Shown here: positions 1 to 10,543 of the stretch, piece by piece | Numbering within the stretch: position 1 is the stretch's first letter | Layout of the letters: every line of letters starts with the position of its first letter | Assembly: GCA_030726915.1 (NCBI GenBank) | Contig: JANRCR010000044.1 | Location: forward strand, 354-64,353 | Direction: 5' to 3' | DNA: 64,000 nt | DNA from: Candidatus Nanopelagicales bacterium | GTDB taxonomy: Bacteria; Actinomycetota; Actinomycetes; S36-B12 | Position numbers and translations under genes: made by a program | Notes under the pieces: model-generated | Told to the model about the DNA's origin: nothing | Database searches by the model: none | The model's input: the letters and a program-made list of their open reading frames with translations, nothing else

Positions 1-141
1 GCACCTGTGTCGTCTTCCGGCCCCACCCCGAGTGATGTGCCGAGTCCCGACGATGCGGATAGCGATGAAGAAGTCAGCCCGGAGATGCTGGCCATGCGCG
101 AACTTGGCGCGACCGTCATCGGCGAGATTGAGCAGGGCTGA
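1..141 (+). CDS. dnaX: DNA polymerase III subunit gamma/tau, C-terminal end (partial; start upstream of window)
   Basis: Frame 1 is open from the window edge to TGA 139-141. The acidic tail ending ...[19 protein letters not shown] resembles remembered actinobacterial DnaX C-termini. It lies 2 nt upstream of recR. Confidence 0.5.
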   Translation, partial: APVSSSGPTPSDVPSPDDADSDEEVSPEMLAMRELGATVIGEIEQG

Positions 142-143
142 CA

Positions 144-743
144 ATGTACGACGGGATCGTGGCCGACCTCATCGATGAGTTGGGACGTTTGCCTGGGATC
201 GGGCCCAAAAGCGCCCAGCGGCTTGCATTTCACATCCTGCAGGCCGAGCCGGTCGATGTCCGGCGGCTCGCAGAAGTCCTCGTCGCGGTCAAGGAACGCG
301 CGCGTTTTTGCTCAACGTGCGGACACGTGACCGAAGACGAGGAATGTCGAATCTGCCGCGATCCGCGACGAGATCCTCACGTGATTTGCGTGGTGGAGGA
401 GTCCCGTGACGTCGTGGCCGTGGAGCGAACTGCCGAGTACCGCGGGCGCTACCACGTGTTGGGTGGAGCAATCAGCCCCATCGATGGCGTGGGCCCCGAC
501 GACCTGCGCATCAGGGAGCTGCTTCAGCGCCTCTCTGACGGCACGGTGACCGAGGTCATCATCGCGACCGACCCCAATCTCGAAGGTGAAGCGACGGCGA
601 CGTACCTCGCTCGCATGCTCATCCCGTTGGGGCTCACGGTCACACGATTGGCGAGCGGACTGCCCGTCGGGGGTGATCTGGAGTACGCAGACGAGGTCAC
701 GCTTGGGCGCGCATTCGCCGGTCGTCGTCGCGTCGAGCCCTGA
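144..743 (+). CDS. recR: recombination protein RecR
   Basis: 199-aa ORF with an N-terminal helix-hairpin-helix ([17 protein letters not shown]), a C4 zinc finger ([16 protein letters not shown]) and a Toprim-like C-terminal half. Confidence 0.95.
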   Translation: MYDGIVADLIDELGRLPGIGPKSAQRLAFHILQAEPVDVRRLAEVLVAVKERARFCSTCGHVTEDEECRICRDPRRDPHVICVVEESRDVVAVERTAEYRGRYHVLGGAISPIDGVGPDDLRIRELLQRLSDGTVTEVIIATDPNLEGEATATYLARMLIPLGLTVTRLASGLPVGGDLEYADEVTLGRAFAGRRRVEP

Positions 744-856
744 TCATCCGGGGGACGTAAGTCCTGGCTGGTGCCCCGTCTCGGATAGACTGCGATCTCC
801 GCCGTGAGGTGATCACCCCACCCGGGGGTGGCCGGTGCGCGTGCCTTGGAGCCAGC

Positions 857-3171
<2,315 letters not shown>

Positions 3172-3221
3172 CGTTGCCATGGTTGGCGGGCGATGGCTGG
3201 CCATCTCGGGGCCCTGGGCGT

Positions 3222-3251
3222 GGGTCCCGGGATATCGATATCCCGAGACCC
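3222..3251. terminator. 30-nt near-perfect palindromic hairpin between asd (+) and tRNA-Pro (-); probable bidirectional terminator
   Basis: Sequence gggtcccgggatatcgatatcccgagaccc. The 16-nt core gggatatcgatatccc is a perfect palindrome and the outer gggtc/gaccc arms pair with one mismatch between them. No T-tract follows, as is usual in high-GC actinobacteria. Confidence 0.55.
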
Positions 3252-3259
3252 ACACAGCG

Positions 3260-3333
<74 letters not shown>

Positions 3334-3349
3334 AGGGAGCCGGTGGAGT

Positions 3350-4288
3350 CTATCCGCCGCCCGTGAGTGTCAGCAGCGTGGCCTCGGGGGGGCAGGCGAA
3401 ACGGATCGGCGCGTAGGGAGAGGTACCCAGTCCGGCAGAGACGTGCAACCACGTATCGCCCCCATCCCGGGGAGCGGCATCAGCGGGTTGCCCAGCGCGG
3501 AGGCGCCTGGTGTGGCGAGACAGTCCCCGGGCTCGTGAACGATCAAGGTCGCAGTTGGTCACCAGGGCACCCACGCCCGGCACCCGCACCTGCCCACCGT
3601 GCGTGTGTCCGGCCAGCACGACATCAATTCCGTCAGCGGCCATGGCATCGACGACACGTAGATACGGTGCGTGCGCGACGCCGAGAGAGAGATCGGCAGC
3701 ATCGGATGGGGAGCCGGCCACGGCGGTGTAGTCGTCACGCTCGATGTGCGGGTCATCGACGCCACGCACGTCGATGAGGCGGCCGTCCGCGATGACCTGC
3801 GTCGCAGCATTCGGGAGGTGGTGCCACCCGGACTCCGTCAACCTGTGCACGAGATCGGGCCAGGGGAGTTCGGGCCGATCCGGATGCAGATCTGACGGAC
3901 CGGTGAAGTAGGTGAAGGGATTGATGGGGCGTGGCGCGTAGTAGTCGTTGCTGCCCAGCACAAAAACGCCGGGGACGTCGAGCATCGGATCCAGGGCAGA
4001 CATCACCGGATCGACGGCGTCGGCGTGGCTGAGGAAGTCACCCGTCACAACGACGAGATCGGGTCGAAGCTCCGTCAGGGATGCGAGCCAGTCCTGCAGC
4101 TTTGTGCGCCGTGGCGTCATGTGGAGATCAGAGAGGTGTAGCACGCGCAGGGGGTGCTGACCGGTCGGCAGTGCCGGGATCGTGACTCGTCGCACACGGA
4201 AGGATTCGGCCTCGAGGCGCGCATAGGTCAGTGCACCGGCACAGACAAGGGCTCCCACGCCGAGAGCACGCAGTGCAGCAGAGGTCAC
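3350..4288 (-). CDS. membrane-anchored metallophosphoesterase (calcineurin-like)
   Basis: 312-aa ORF with an N-terminal hydrophobic helix and motifs HLSDLHM, GDF and GHTHGG. Position next to the PBP matches M. tuberculosis Rv3683 as remembered. Confidence 0.85.
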   Translation of the reverse strand: MTSAALRALGVGALVCAGALTYARLEAESFRVRRVTIPALPTGQHPLRVLHLSDLHMTPRRTKLQDWLASLTELRPDLVVVTGDFLSHADAVDPVMSALDPMLDVPGVFVLGSNDYYAPRPINPFTYFTGPSDLHPDRPELPWPDLVHRLTESGWHHLPNAATQVIADGRLIDVRGVDDPHIERDDYTAVAGSPSDAADLSLGVAHAPYLRVVDAMAADGIDVVLAGHTHGGQVRVPGVGALVTNCDLDRSRARGLSRHTRRLRAGQPADAAPRDGGDTWLHVSAGLGTSPYAPIRFACPPEATLLTLTGGG

Positions 4289-4332
4289 GGGGGAAGTGTG
4301 TCACCGGGATGGCCGTGGGCGAGGATGGGCCC

Positions 4333-4794
4333 ATGAGTGCACTCAAGGATCAGTTGCAGAGCGATCTCACGGCGGCGATACGGGCCCAGGATGAACTCAC
4401 GATGGCGACCCTGCGCATGGCGCTGTCGGCCATCACAAATGCGGAAGTATCAGGCAAGCAGGCACGTCAACTCTCCGATGACGAGGTTGTCGTCGTCTTG
4501 ACGAGTGAGGCAAAGAAGCGCCGCGAGGCGGCGGAGTCCTTCGACGGTGCCGGTGCCACGGATCGGGCCGACCGGGAGCGTGCGGAGCTCGGCGTACTCC
4601 AGCGGTATCTGCCTGAGCAGTTAAGCGAGGACGAGATCAAGCAGATCGTGGCCGATGCCGTGGCGGCCGTTGCCGCTGATGGCACGACCGGCCCCGCAGC
4701 GATGGGCGCCGTGATGAAGGTGGTCACGCCGCAGACACGGGGTCGCGCCGATGGCGGTCAGGTCGCGGCTCTGGTGAAGGCTGCACTCGGCTAA
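4333..4794 (+). CDS. GatB/YqeY domain-containing protein
   Basis: In-frame ATG 4333 (MSALKDQLQSDLTAAIRAQD...). The sequence pattern is typical of YqeY-like proteins (LRMALSAITNAEV, VLQRYLPEQLSEDE). The 5' extension of track ORF 4231 was discarded. Confidence 0.85.
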   Translation: MSALKDQLQSDLTAAIRAQDELTMATLRMALSAITNAEVSGKQARQLSDDEVVVVLTSEAKKRREAAESFDGAGATDRADRERAELGVLQRYLPEQLSEDEIKQIVADAVAAVAADGTTGPAAMGAVMKVVTPQTRGRADGGQVAALVKAALG

Positions 4795-7097
4795 CCCGGC
4801 GCGGTCGGTTCCGGGCTTGGCTCGGGGGTGGGCTCAGGACTTGGCTCAGGACTTGGCTCGGGAGTGGGCTCGGGTGTCGGCTGGGGGCTGGGCTGGGGAC
4901 CGGGACCGGGACCGGGACCGGGACCGGGCGTGGGCTTCGGCTTCTTGGACTCCTCCGGCTTCGGCTCCTTGGACTCCTCGGGCTCGGGGAGTGCAAAGGG
5001 GATGTAGACCGGTGACGGGCCGACACCGCGGACGGGACCGACGCCCCAGTCATTGAAGAGTTCGAAGGGTCGGGGTGCGAGGTTGGCGTGCGCGGCGATC
5101 ATCGTGTCGCGCCAAATCGGGTTGGGGATCTGCCCACCGGTGACATAGGAGTAATACGTGCCGTTGATCGTGACGTCGGTCATCGGGTAGGCGAAACCAC
5201 CGCGCGGATCTCCGACCCAGACGGCGGCAGCTATCTGCGGTGTGAATCCGGCGAACCAGATCGCTGCGTTGTCGTTGGTGCTGCCGGTCTTGCCCGCGGC
5301 CGGGCGGTCAGGCAGCGATGCGGCGCTGCCCGTGCGGCCATTGAAGGGACCGTCGATGACGCTGGTGAGCACTCCGGTGACGGCATCGGCCACATTGCGC
5401 GGGATGACCTCGCGGCAGCGAGGGTCCGGCACGTCGACCCCGTTGCCGTAGCGATCCTTGATTTCGAGGACCACGCGCGGTGCGCAGTAGACGCCGTGAT
5501 TGGCGAAGGCGGCGTAGGCACCGGCCATGGACAGGGGAGAGACCTCCATCGTGCCGAGGGAGAAGGTCGGTACGCGTAGGAGTGGATCCCCGGTGGCGAG
5601 CCGCACGCCCATCTCCTCAGCGATCTCCGCCTGTCGGCACAGCCCGAAGCGCTCGGCAAGGGTGACGAAGTAGGTGTTGGTCGAGAACGCGGTCGCCTGG
5701 AACATGTTGAGCAGGCCCGATGACCCGGAGTTGCGCACGGTGACGGAATCGAAGGCTGTCCCGTCGGTGCAATTGACGAAGTTCTCGAAGGTCTTGGGGT
5801 TGGGGGAGTCGATGCCCTCGGTGGGAGAGAAGTCCTGCTCGAGCGCGGCCGCGAGCGTGAAGACCTTGAAGGTCGAGCCGGCCTGCATGCCGATGGTGCC
5901 GCCGAACTCCTGGTCGACGTTGTAGTTGTACGTCGTCTTGCCTCGACCCTTGAGGCCCCAGTCGCGGTTTTGCGCCATGGCGATGACATTGCCCGTGCCG
6001 GGCTCCACGAGGGTGATCGCCGCAGCGCGCTGGCTGGGATCCTTGGAGGGGATGTACGACGTCACCGACTTCATGGCGGCGCCTTGAATGTCGGGGTCGA
6101 GTGTTGTGCGGATGGTCAAGCCGCCGCGGCGGAGGAGCGCCTCTCGCTCGACGAGCGTCTCACCAAAAGCCTGGTCGGCCTTGATCATGCGGATGACGAA
6201 GTCACAGAAGTACGGCGCGTAGGACGACGTACAGCCGTTGGGCTGGATGGATGGATCGAGGATGCTCTCGACGGACACTCGGCTGGCCGCACTCGCCTCG
6301 ATAGGCGTGATGAAACCGGCCTCCGCCATCTCTCCGAGGACGAGATTGCGCCGCTGTTCGGCGAGGTCGGGATTGCGGGTCGGGTCGAAGGCGGTGGGCT
6401 GCTGGATGATGCCGGCCAGTGTTGCGCTTTCGATGAGGTCCAAATCTGCGGCTGGCTTTGAGAAGTAGCGCCGGGATGCTGCTTCGACGCCGTATGCGCC
6501 GGCCCCGAAGTACACGATATTGAGGTAGCGCTCAAGGATTTGGTCCTTGCTGTAGCGACGCTCGAGGGCCAGCGCGTAGCGAATCTCCCGCAACTTGCGT
6601 GACGGAGTGCGTGCGCGCGCAGCCTCCAACTCCTCCTGGTTGCTGGCGCTGGCGATGAGCAGATTTTTGACGTATTGCTGGGTAATGGTCGATCCGCCCT
6701 GCTGGCCGGCTGATGATGAGGCGTTGGCCACGATGGCGCGCATGGTGCCGCGCAGGTCAATGCCGGGGTGATCAAGGAAGCGTGCATCCTCCACCGCGAC
6801 AATGGCTTGACGCATCGTGGGCGCCACTGACGCCAGTGGCACCTCTACGCGATTTTGGTAGTAGATCGTGGCCAGGATGGATCCGTCCGAGGCCAGGATG
6901 ACCGACCGCTCCGGGAGATCGGGTGCGTCGAGTTGCGACGGCAGTGACTCAAAACTTTCCACCGCGCCCCGGGTCAGCAGCCCGGTGGCAGCGGCAACCG
7001 GCAGAATCATCGCGGCGGCCACAGCACCGGCCACGATGGCAACAAGGAAGAAGCCGCCCAGTCGGGCAAGGGCGCCAAGAGGCCGAGGCTCGCTCAC
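4791..7097 (-). CDS. class A penicillin-binding protein (transglycosylase/transpeptidase), PonA2-like
   Basis: 768 aa with an N-terminal TM anchor, GT51 motifs (EDARFLDHPGID, GGSTITQQYVKN) and transpeptidase motifs STFK (AGSTFKVF), STN and KTGS. It has a Pro-rich C-terminal tail. Adjacent to a whiB4-like gene as in mycobacteria. Confidence 0.95.
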   Translation of the reverse strand: MSEPRPLGALARLGGFFLVAIVAGAVAAAMILPVAAATGLLTRGAVESFESLPSQLDAPDLPERSVILASDGSILATIYYQNRVEVPLASVAPTMRQAIVAVEDARFLDHPGIDLRGTMRAIVANASSSAGQQGGSTITQQYVKNLLIASASNQEELEAARARTPSRKLREIRYALALERRYSKDQILERYLNIVYFGAGAYGVEAASRRYFSKPAADLDLIESATLAGIIQQPTAFDPTRNPDLAEQRRNLVLGEMAEAGFITPIEASAASRVSVESILDPSIQPNGCTSSYAPYFCDFVIRMIKADQAFGETLVEREALLRRGGLTIRTTLDPDIQGAAMKSVTSYIPSKDPSQRAAAITLVEPGTGNVIAMAQNRDWGLKGRGKTTYNYNVDQEFGGTIGMQAGSTFKVFTLAAALEQDFSPTEGIDSPNPKTFENFVNCTDGTAFDSVTVRNSGSSGLLNMFQATAFSTNTYFVTLAERFGLCRQAEIAEEMGVRLATGDPLLRVPTFSLGTMEVSPLSMAGAYAAFANHGVYCAPRVVLEIKDRYGNGVDVPDPRCREVIPRNVADAVTGVLTSVIDGPFNGRTGSAASLPDRPAAGKTGSTNDNAAIWFAGFTPQIAAAVWVGDPRGGFAYPMTDVTINGTYYSYVTGGQIPNPIWRDTMIAAHANLAPRPFELFNDWGVGPVRGVGPSPVYIPFALPEPEESKEPKPEESKKPKPTPGPGPGPGPGPQPSPQPTPEPTPEPSPEPSPEPTPEPSPEPTAPG
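4794..4991 (-). repeat. coding low-complexity / tandem-repeat tract (Pro-rich PBP tail)
   Basis: Encodes EESKEPKPEESKKPKPTPGPGPGPGPGPQPSPQPTPEPTPEPSPEPSPEPTPEPSPEPTAPG. Contains (ggaccg)x5 at 4897-4926, a doubled 12-mer and a doubled ~24-mer. Confidence 0.9.
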
Positions 7098-7298
7098 ACT
7101 GCTCCTTGCTGATCAGGGGGTCTGCCCTCAGGGTATGCGAGAGATTGCCGGGAGTCTTGTCTCGCGACGGGGGTCTTACTGGCGCATTTAGCCTATTTAG
7201 GCTATACATAGTGGGTCAGTTAGGACCTGTCTGGCCCCAACGGAACACGCGTAACGTCCGGGCCCACCGGTGAAGCCACTGGGACCGAAGGGGTAGTC

Positions 7299-7637
7299 GT
7301 GCCAAGCGGTGCGACGGGAAGGGGTGGAATGACCTGGTCGACGGAGTGGACCGCCCGAGCGGCCTGTCGGACCTCTGATCCCGACGCGCTCTTTGTCCAG
7401 GGGGCAGCCCAAAACCGGGCCAAAGTCATCTGCCAAGGATGTCAGGTACGCACAGAATGCCTGGCCGATGCACTCGACAACCGTGTTGAATTCGGTGTCT
7501 GGGGGGGCATGACCGAGCGGGAGCGGCGCGCGCTGCTTCGACGTAGATCACAGGTCACCTCCTGGCGCCTCCTCCTGCAGACGGCTCGCGACGAGTACGA
7601 ACGCGCTGTGGGTTTTGACGCACCCTGCGCCTCCTGA
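7299..7637 (+). CDS. whiB4: WhiB-family Fe-S transcriptional regulator (WhiB4-like)
   Basis: Four Cys arranged as C-Xn-C-X2-C-X5-C (CRTSDPD...CQGCQVRTEC) and a GVWGGMTERERR turn. Long identical stretches to remembered M. tuberculosis WhiB4, and divergent from the PBP as in mycobacteria. The start may be GTG 7299 or ATG 7329. Confidence 0.85.
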   Translation: MPSGATGRGGMTWSTEWTARAACRTSDPDALFVQGAAQNRAKVICQGCQVRTECLADALDNRVEFGVWGGMTERERRALLRRRSQVTSWRLLLQTARDEYERAVGFDAPCAS

Positions 7638-7690
7638 CGCATCAGCGAGCGACCGAGTGCATCGTTTGACGAGGTGACAAGGACGCGTGG

Positions 7691-8836
7691 TCAGGACTCA
7701 GCATCGCTGCATGCCAGCAGGGAGCCCACCTCGCGCAACCCGTCCAGATCGTGCACGTCCTCTGCCAGCGCATACACGTCGGTCACTCGGACGCCAGGAT
7801 GGGCGACCGTGAAGCGTCGCGCTAGGCGTCCCTGCCGCTCCGCGATGCGCATCCGATCCGCATGCAACTGCAGGAGGGCTGCGGTGGCCGGATCCTCTGC
7901 GCGGATGCGCTCCGCACCCGCCAGCGCCTGCTCAATAGACAACTCAGGTGCTCGAACCTGCTGCACCCGGTTGAGCACCAAGCCGGCGAGTGGCATGCCA
8001 TCCTGCTTCAGGCGGTCGACAAAGTAGGACGCCTCCCGCAGCGCGTCGCGCTCGGGAGCGGCAACGACCACGAACGATGTTCCCGGATCTTGCAGGAGTG
8101 CGTAGGTGGCCTCGGCACGCTCACGGAAGCCACCGAACATCGTGTCAACGGCACCGACAAAGGCGCCCAGATCAGTGAGCAATTGCGCGCCAAGAATTTT
8201 GGTCAGAACGCCCGCGAAAAGACTGAAGCCCGCCCCGAGAATTTTCCCAATGCCGCGTCCTGCCCCCCTCGCCGGCGCGGCGAGGATCTTGATGAAGCGC
8301 CCATCAAGGAACGTGCCAAGGCGGTCCGGCGCATCCAAGAAATCGAGGGCAGATCGCGATGGGGGGGTATCAACGATGATGAGATCCCAGGTCCCATCGC
8401 GATCGGCCTCGCTGCGCAACTGCCCTAGTTTCTCCATCGCCATGTACTCCTGCGTACCCGCAAACGAAGATGACAGAGCCTGGTAGAAGGGGTTGTCCAG
8501 GATCGCCTGGGCCCGCTCTGAATCAGAGTGACCTTCAACGACCTCATCGAAGGTCCGCTTCATGTCGAGCATCATCGCACTGAGTGATCCACCTCCGTCG
8601 ATGCCGACAACGGGCCGGGGGGTGTTGTCGAGCTCCGTCAGCCCCATGGCCTGAGCGAGGCGTCGGGCTGGGTCGATGGTGAGGACACATACCCGCCGTC
8701 CCTGCTCTGCCGCTCGCAGACCAAGGGCCGCCGCTGTGGTGGTCTTGCCGACTCCGCCGGCACCGCAGCAGACGATGATGCGTGTTGCAGGATCGTGAAT
8801 GAGGGCGTCAATGTCGAGGCGCGGGGGCCCGGGCAT
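7691..8836 (-). CDS. ArsA/Get3-like P-loop ATPase (Rv3680-like)
   Basis: 381 aa with P-loop CGAGGVGKTTTAAAL and ArsA-family-like sequence. Its start overlaps the stop of the upstream paralogue. Confidence 0.85.
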   Translation of the reverse strand: MPGPPRLDIDALIHDPATRIIVCCGAGGVGKTTTAAALGLRAAEQGRRVCVLTIDPARRLAQAMGLTELDNTPRPVVGIDGGGSLSAMMLDMKRTFDEVVEGHSDSERAQAILDNPFYQALSSSFAGTQEYMAMEKLGQLRSEADRDGTWDLIIVDTPPSRSALDFLDAPDRLGTFLDGRFIKILAAPARGAGRGIGKILGAGFSLFAGVLTKILGAQLLTDLGAFVGAVDTMFGGFRERAEATYALLQDPGTSFVVVAAPERDALREASYFVDRLKQDGMPLAGLVLNRVQQVRAPELSIEQALAGAERIRAEDPATAALLQLHADRMRIAERQGRLARRFTVAHPGVRVTDVYALAEDVHDLDGLREVGSLLACSDAES

Positions 8837-9810
8837 CAGGCCATCCCCTGTTCGGTCAACATGTCGGAGAGTTCGTACAGGGCCGCGAGGTCGATTCCTC
8901 CGGAAAGGGCTGGGAGTTCATACACGGGGCGACCCAGCGCAGCAATACGCGCACGTTCGACGCGCTCCAACTCAACCCGCGCGACATGGTCCTCTCCGTC
9001 GGCGAGGAGGGCCTGAATGAGGGGTGCATTGGGCGTGATACCTGCCTGTGTGAGTGTCGCCGAGACACGACTGGGAGTGAGTGCAGCCAAGTCTGCGACG
9101 TCCGGGAGCAGCGGAGGCCGCGTCATGTTGACGACGATGCCGCCCACGGGCAGTGCAGCGTCCTCCAATTCGGCGACGCCGTCAGTGGTCTCCTGGACGG
9201 GCATCTCTTCGAGCAGCGTGACGAGATGGACCGCGGTCTTATCTGATCTAAGGACCGCCATGACGCCGTCAGCCTGGTTGCGTATGGGTCCCACCTTCGC
9301 GACACCGGCGATCTCGGTGTTGACGTTGAGGAATCGAGTGATCCGGCCCGTGGGTGGTGCATCAAGAACGATGGCGTCGTAGGCGCGGGCATGGTGCTTG
9401 TCGCGTCGCCTGACCAGCTCGACAGCCTTCCCGGTGAGGAGGACGTCGCGCAGACCCGGAGCGATCGTGGTGACGAAGTCAACGGCGCCCATGCGGCGAA
9501 GCACCCCCCCGGCGCGTCGGAGGTTGTAGAACATCTCGAGATATTCCAGGAGAGCCTCTTCGGGGTCGACCGCGAGTCCCCACACCTCACCACCACCCGG
9601 CGTTGATGCCAGGCGCCGTTCCTCGTAGGGCATGGGCGGGGTGTCGAAAAGCTGAGCGAGGCCCTGGCGCCCCTCGACCTCCATCAGCATGACGCTGCGA
9701 CCGCCCCGGGCCAATCCGAGCGCCAAGGCAGCCGCCACGGTCGTCTTGCCGGTGCCGCCCTTGCCCGACACGACGTGCAGGACCACATTGGGCCAGTCAC
9801 TGGAGGGCAC
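8836..9810 (-). CDS. ArsA/Get3-like P-loop ATPase (Rv3679-like)
   Basis: 324 aa with P-loop VSGKGGTGKTTVAAAL. Paired with 7691-8836 by a 1-nt TGATG overlap. Confidence 0.85.
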   Translation of the reverse strand: MPSSDWPNVVLHVVSGKGGTGKTTVAAALALGLARGGRSVMLMEVEGRQGLAQLFDTPPMPYEERRLASTPGGGEVWGLAVDPEEALLEYLEMFYNLRRAGGVLRRMGAVDFVTTIAPGLRDVLLTGKAVELVRRRDKHHARAYDAIVLDAPPTGRITRFLNVNTEIAGVAKVGPIRNQADGVMAVLRSDKTAVHLVTLLEEMPVQETTDGVAELEDAALPVGGIVVNMTRPPLLPDVADLAALTPSRVSATLTQAGITPNAPLIQALLADGEDHVARVELERVERARIAALGRPVYELPALSGGIDLAALYELSDMLTEQGMA

Positions 9811-9912
9811 CGACTGAGCCTAGTGCGCGGATGCGGCCAGCGGTGTCGTGCCGGGTGGGCACGAGCAGATGCGGATGAGCACAGGGGCGGGTCGGCGCAG
9901 TATGGTCAGGCT

Positions 9913-10071
9913 ATGACCGCATGGGAGTACGCCACGGTGCCTGTCCTCGTCCACGCCACAAAGCAGATCCTTGACAACTGGGGTATCGACGGTTGGGAGT
10001 TGGTGCAGGTTGTGCCCGGGCCCAATCCGGAGAACCTGGTGGCCTACTTCAAGCGCGCCAAGGTCCAGTAG
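9913..10071 (+). CDS. DUF4177-like small protein
   Basis: 52 codons from ATG 9913 (MTAWEYATVPVLVHATKQILDNWGIDGWELVQVVPGPNPENLVAYFKRAKVQ). The stop TAG shares 1 nt with the next start. The upstream part of the track ORF is Arg/Gly-rich and was discarded. Confidence 0.7.
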   Translation: MTAWEYATVPVLVHATKQILDNWGIDGWELVQVVPGPNPENLVAYFKRAKVQ

Positions 10072-10532
10072 TGAGCGTCGCTGATCGTCTCGTGGAGTTG
10101 GGGATCGACATCCCGGAGGTTGTCCCCCCCGTGGCGGCATATGTCCCTGCTGTCGTGACGGGACGCTACGTCTACACGTCGGGTCAACTGCCTATGCGTG
10201 ACGGAGAGATGATTGCCGCGGGACTCGTGGGTGCCGACGTTGCTCCTGACCTAGCCAAAGAGTGCGCCCGTCAATGCGCTATCAATGCCCTCGCCGCGGC
10301 TCAGTCAGTGGTCGGCAATCTCAACCGCGTGACCCGCGTCGTCAAGGTGGTGGGTTTTGTCGCCAGTGCGGACGGGTTCACCGGCCAACCCGCCGTCATC
10401 AACGGTGCCAGTGAGTTGCTCCTCGACGTGTTTGGTGAGGCTGGGCGTCATGCCCGCTCAGCAGTCGGGGTTGCCGCGCTTCCCATCAACGCACCCGTTG
10501 AGGTCGAGATCATCTTCGAGGTGGCCGACTGA
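10071..10532 (+). CDS. RidA/YjgF family protein
   Basis: GTG 10071 ([12 protein letters not shown]...). Contains [11 protein letters not shown] and the C-terminal [24 protein letters not shown] typical of RidA-fold proteins. Confidence 0.85.
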   Translation: MSVADRLVELGIDIPEVVPPVAAYVPAVVTGRYVYTSGQLPMRDGEMIAAGLVGADVAPDLAKECARQCAINALAAAQSVVGNLNRVTRVVKVVGFVASADGFTGQPAVINGASELLLDVFGEAGRHARSAVGVAALPINAPVEVEIIFEVAD

Positions 10533-10543
10533 GCGTTCCCCGC

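Noticed and set aside
809-856. Upstream extensions of many track ORFs, with track starts at 809, 4231, 9775, 9993, 11320, 12875, 14336, 25611, 28554, 30805, 31191, 34030, 39772, 45757, 47737 and 59207.
   Set aside because: Each extension overlaps the preceding gene or encodes Arg/Gly/Pro-rich sequence. A downstream in-frame ATG/GTG gives a canonical family N-terminus, often with a 4-nt ATGA/GTGA overlap or a GGAG-type box. The chosen starts remain predictions.
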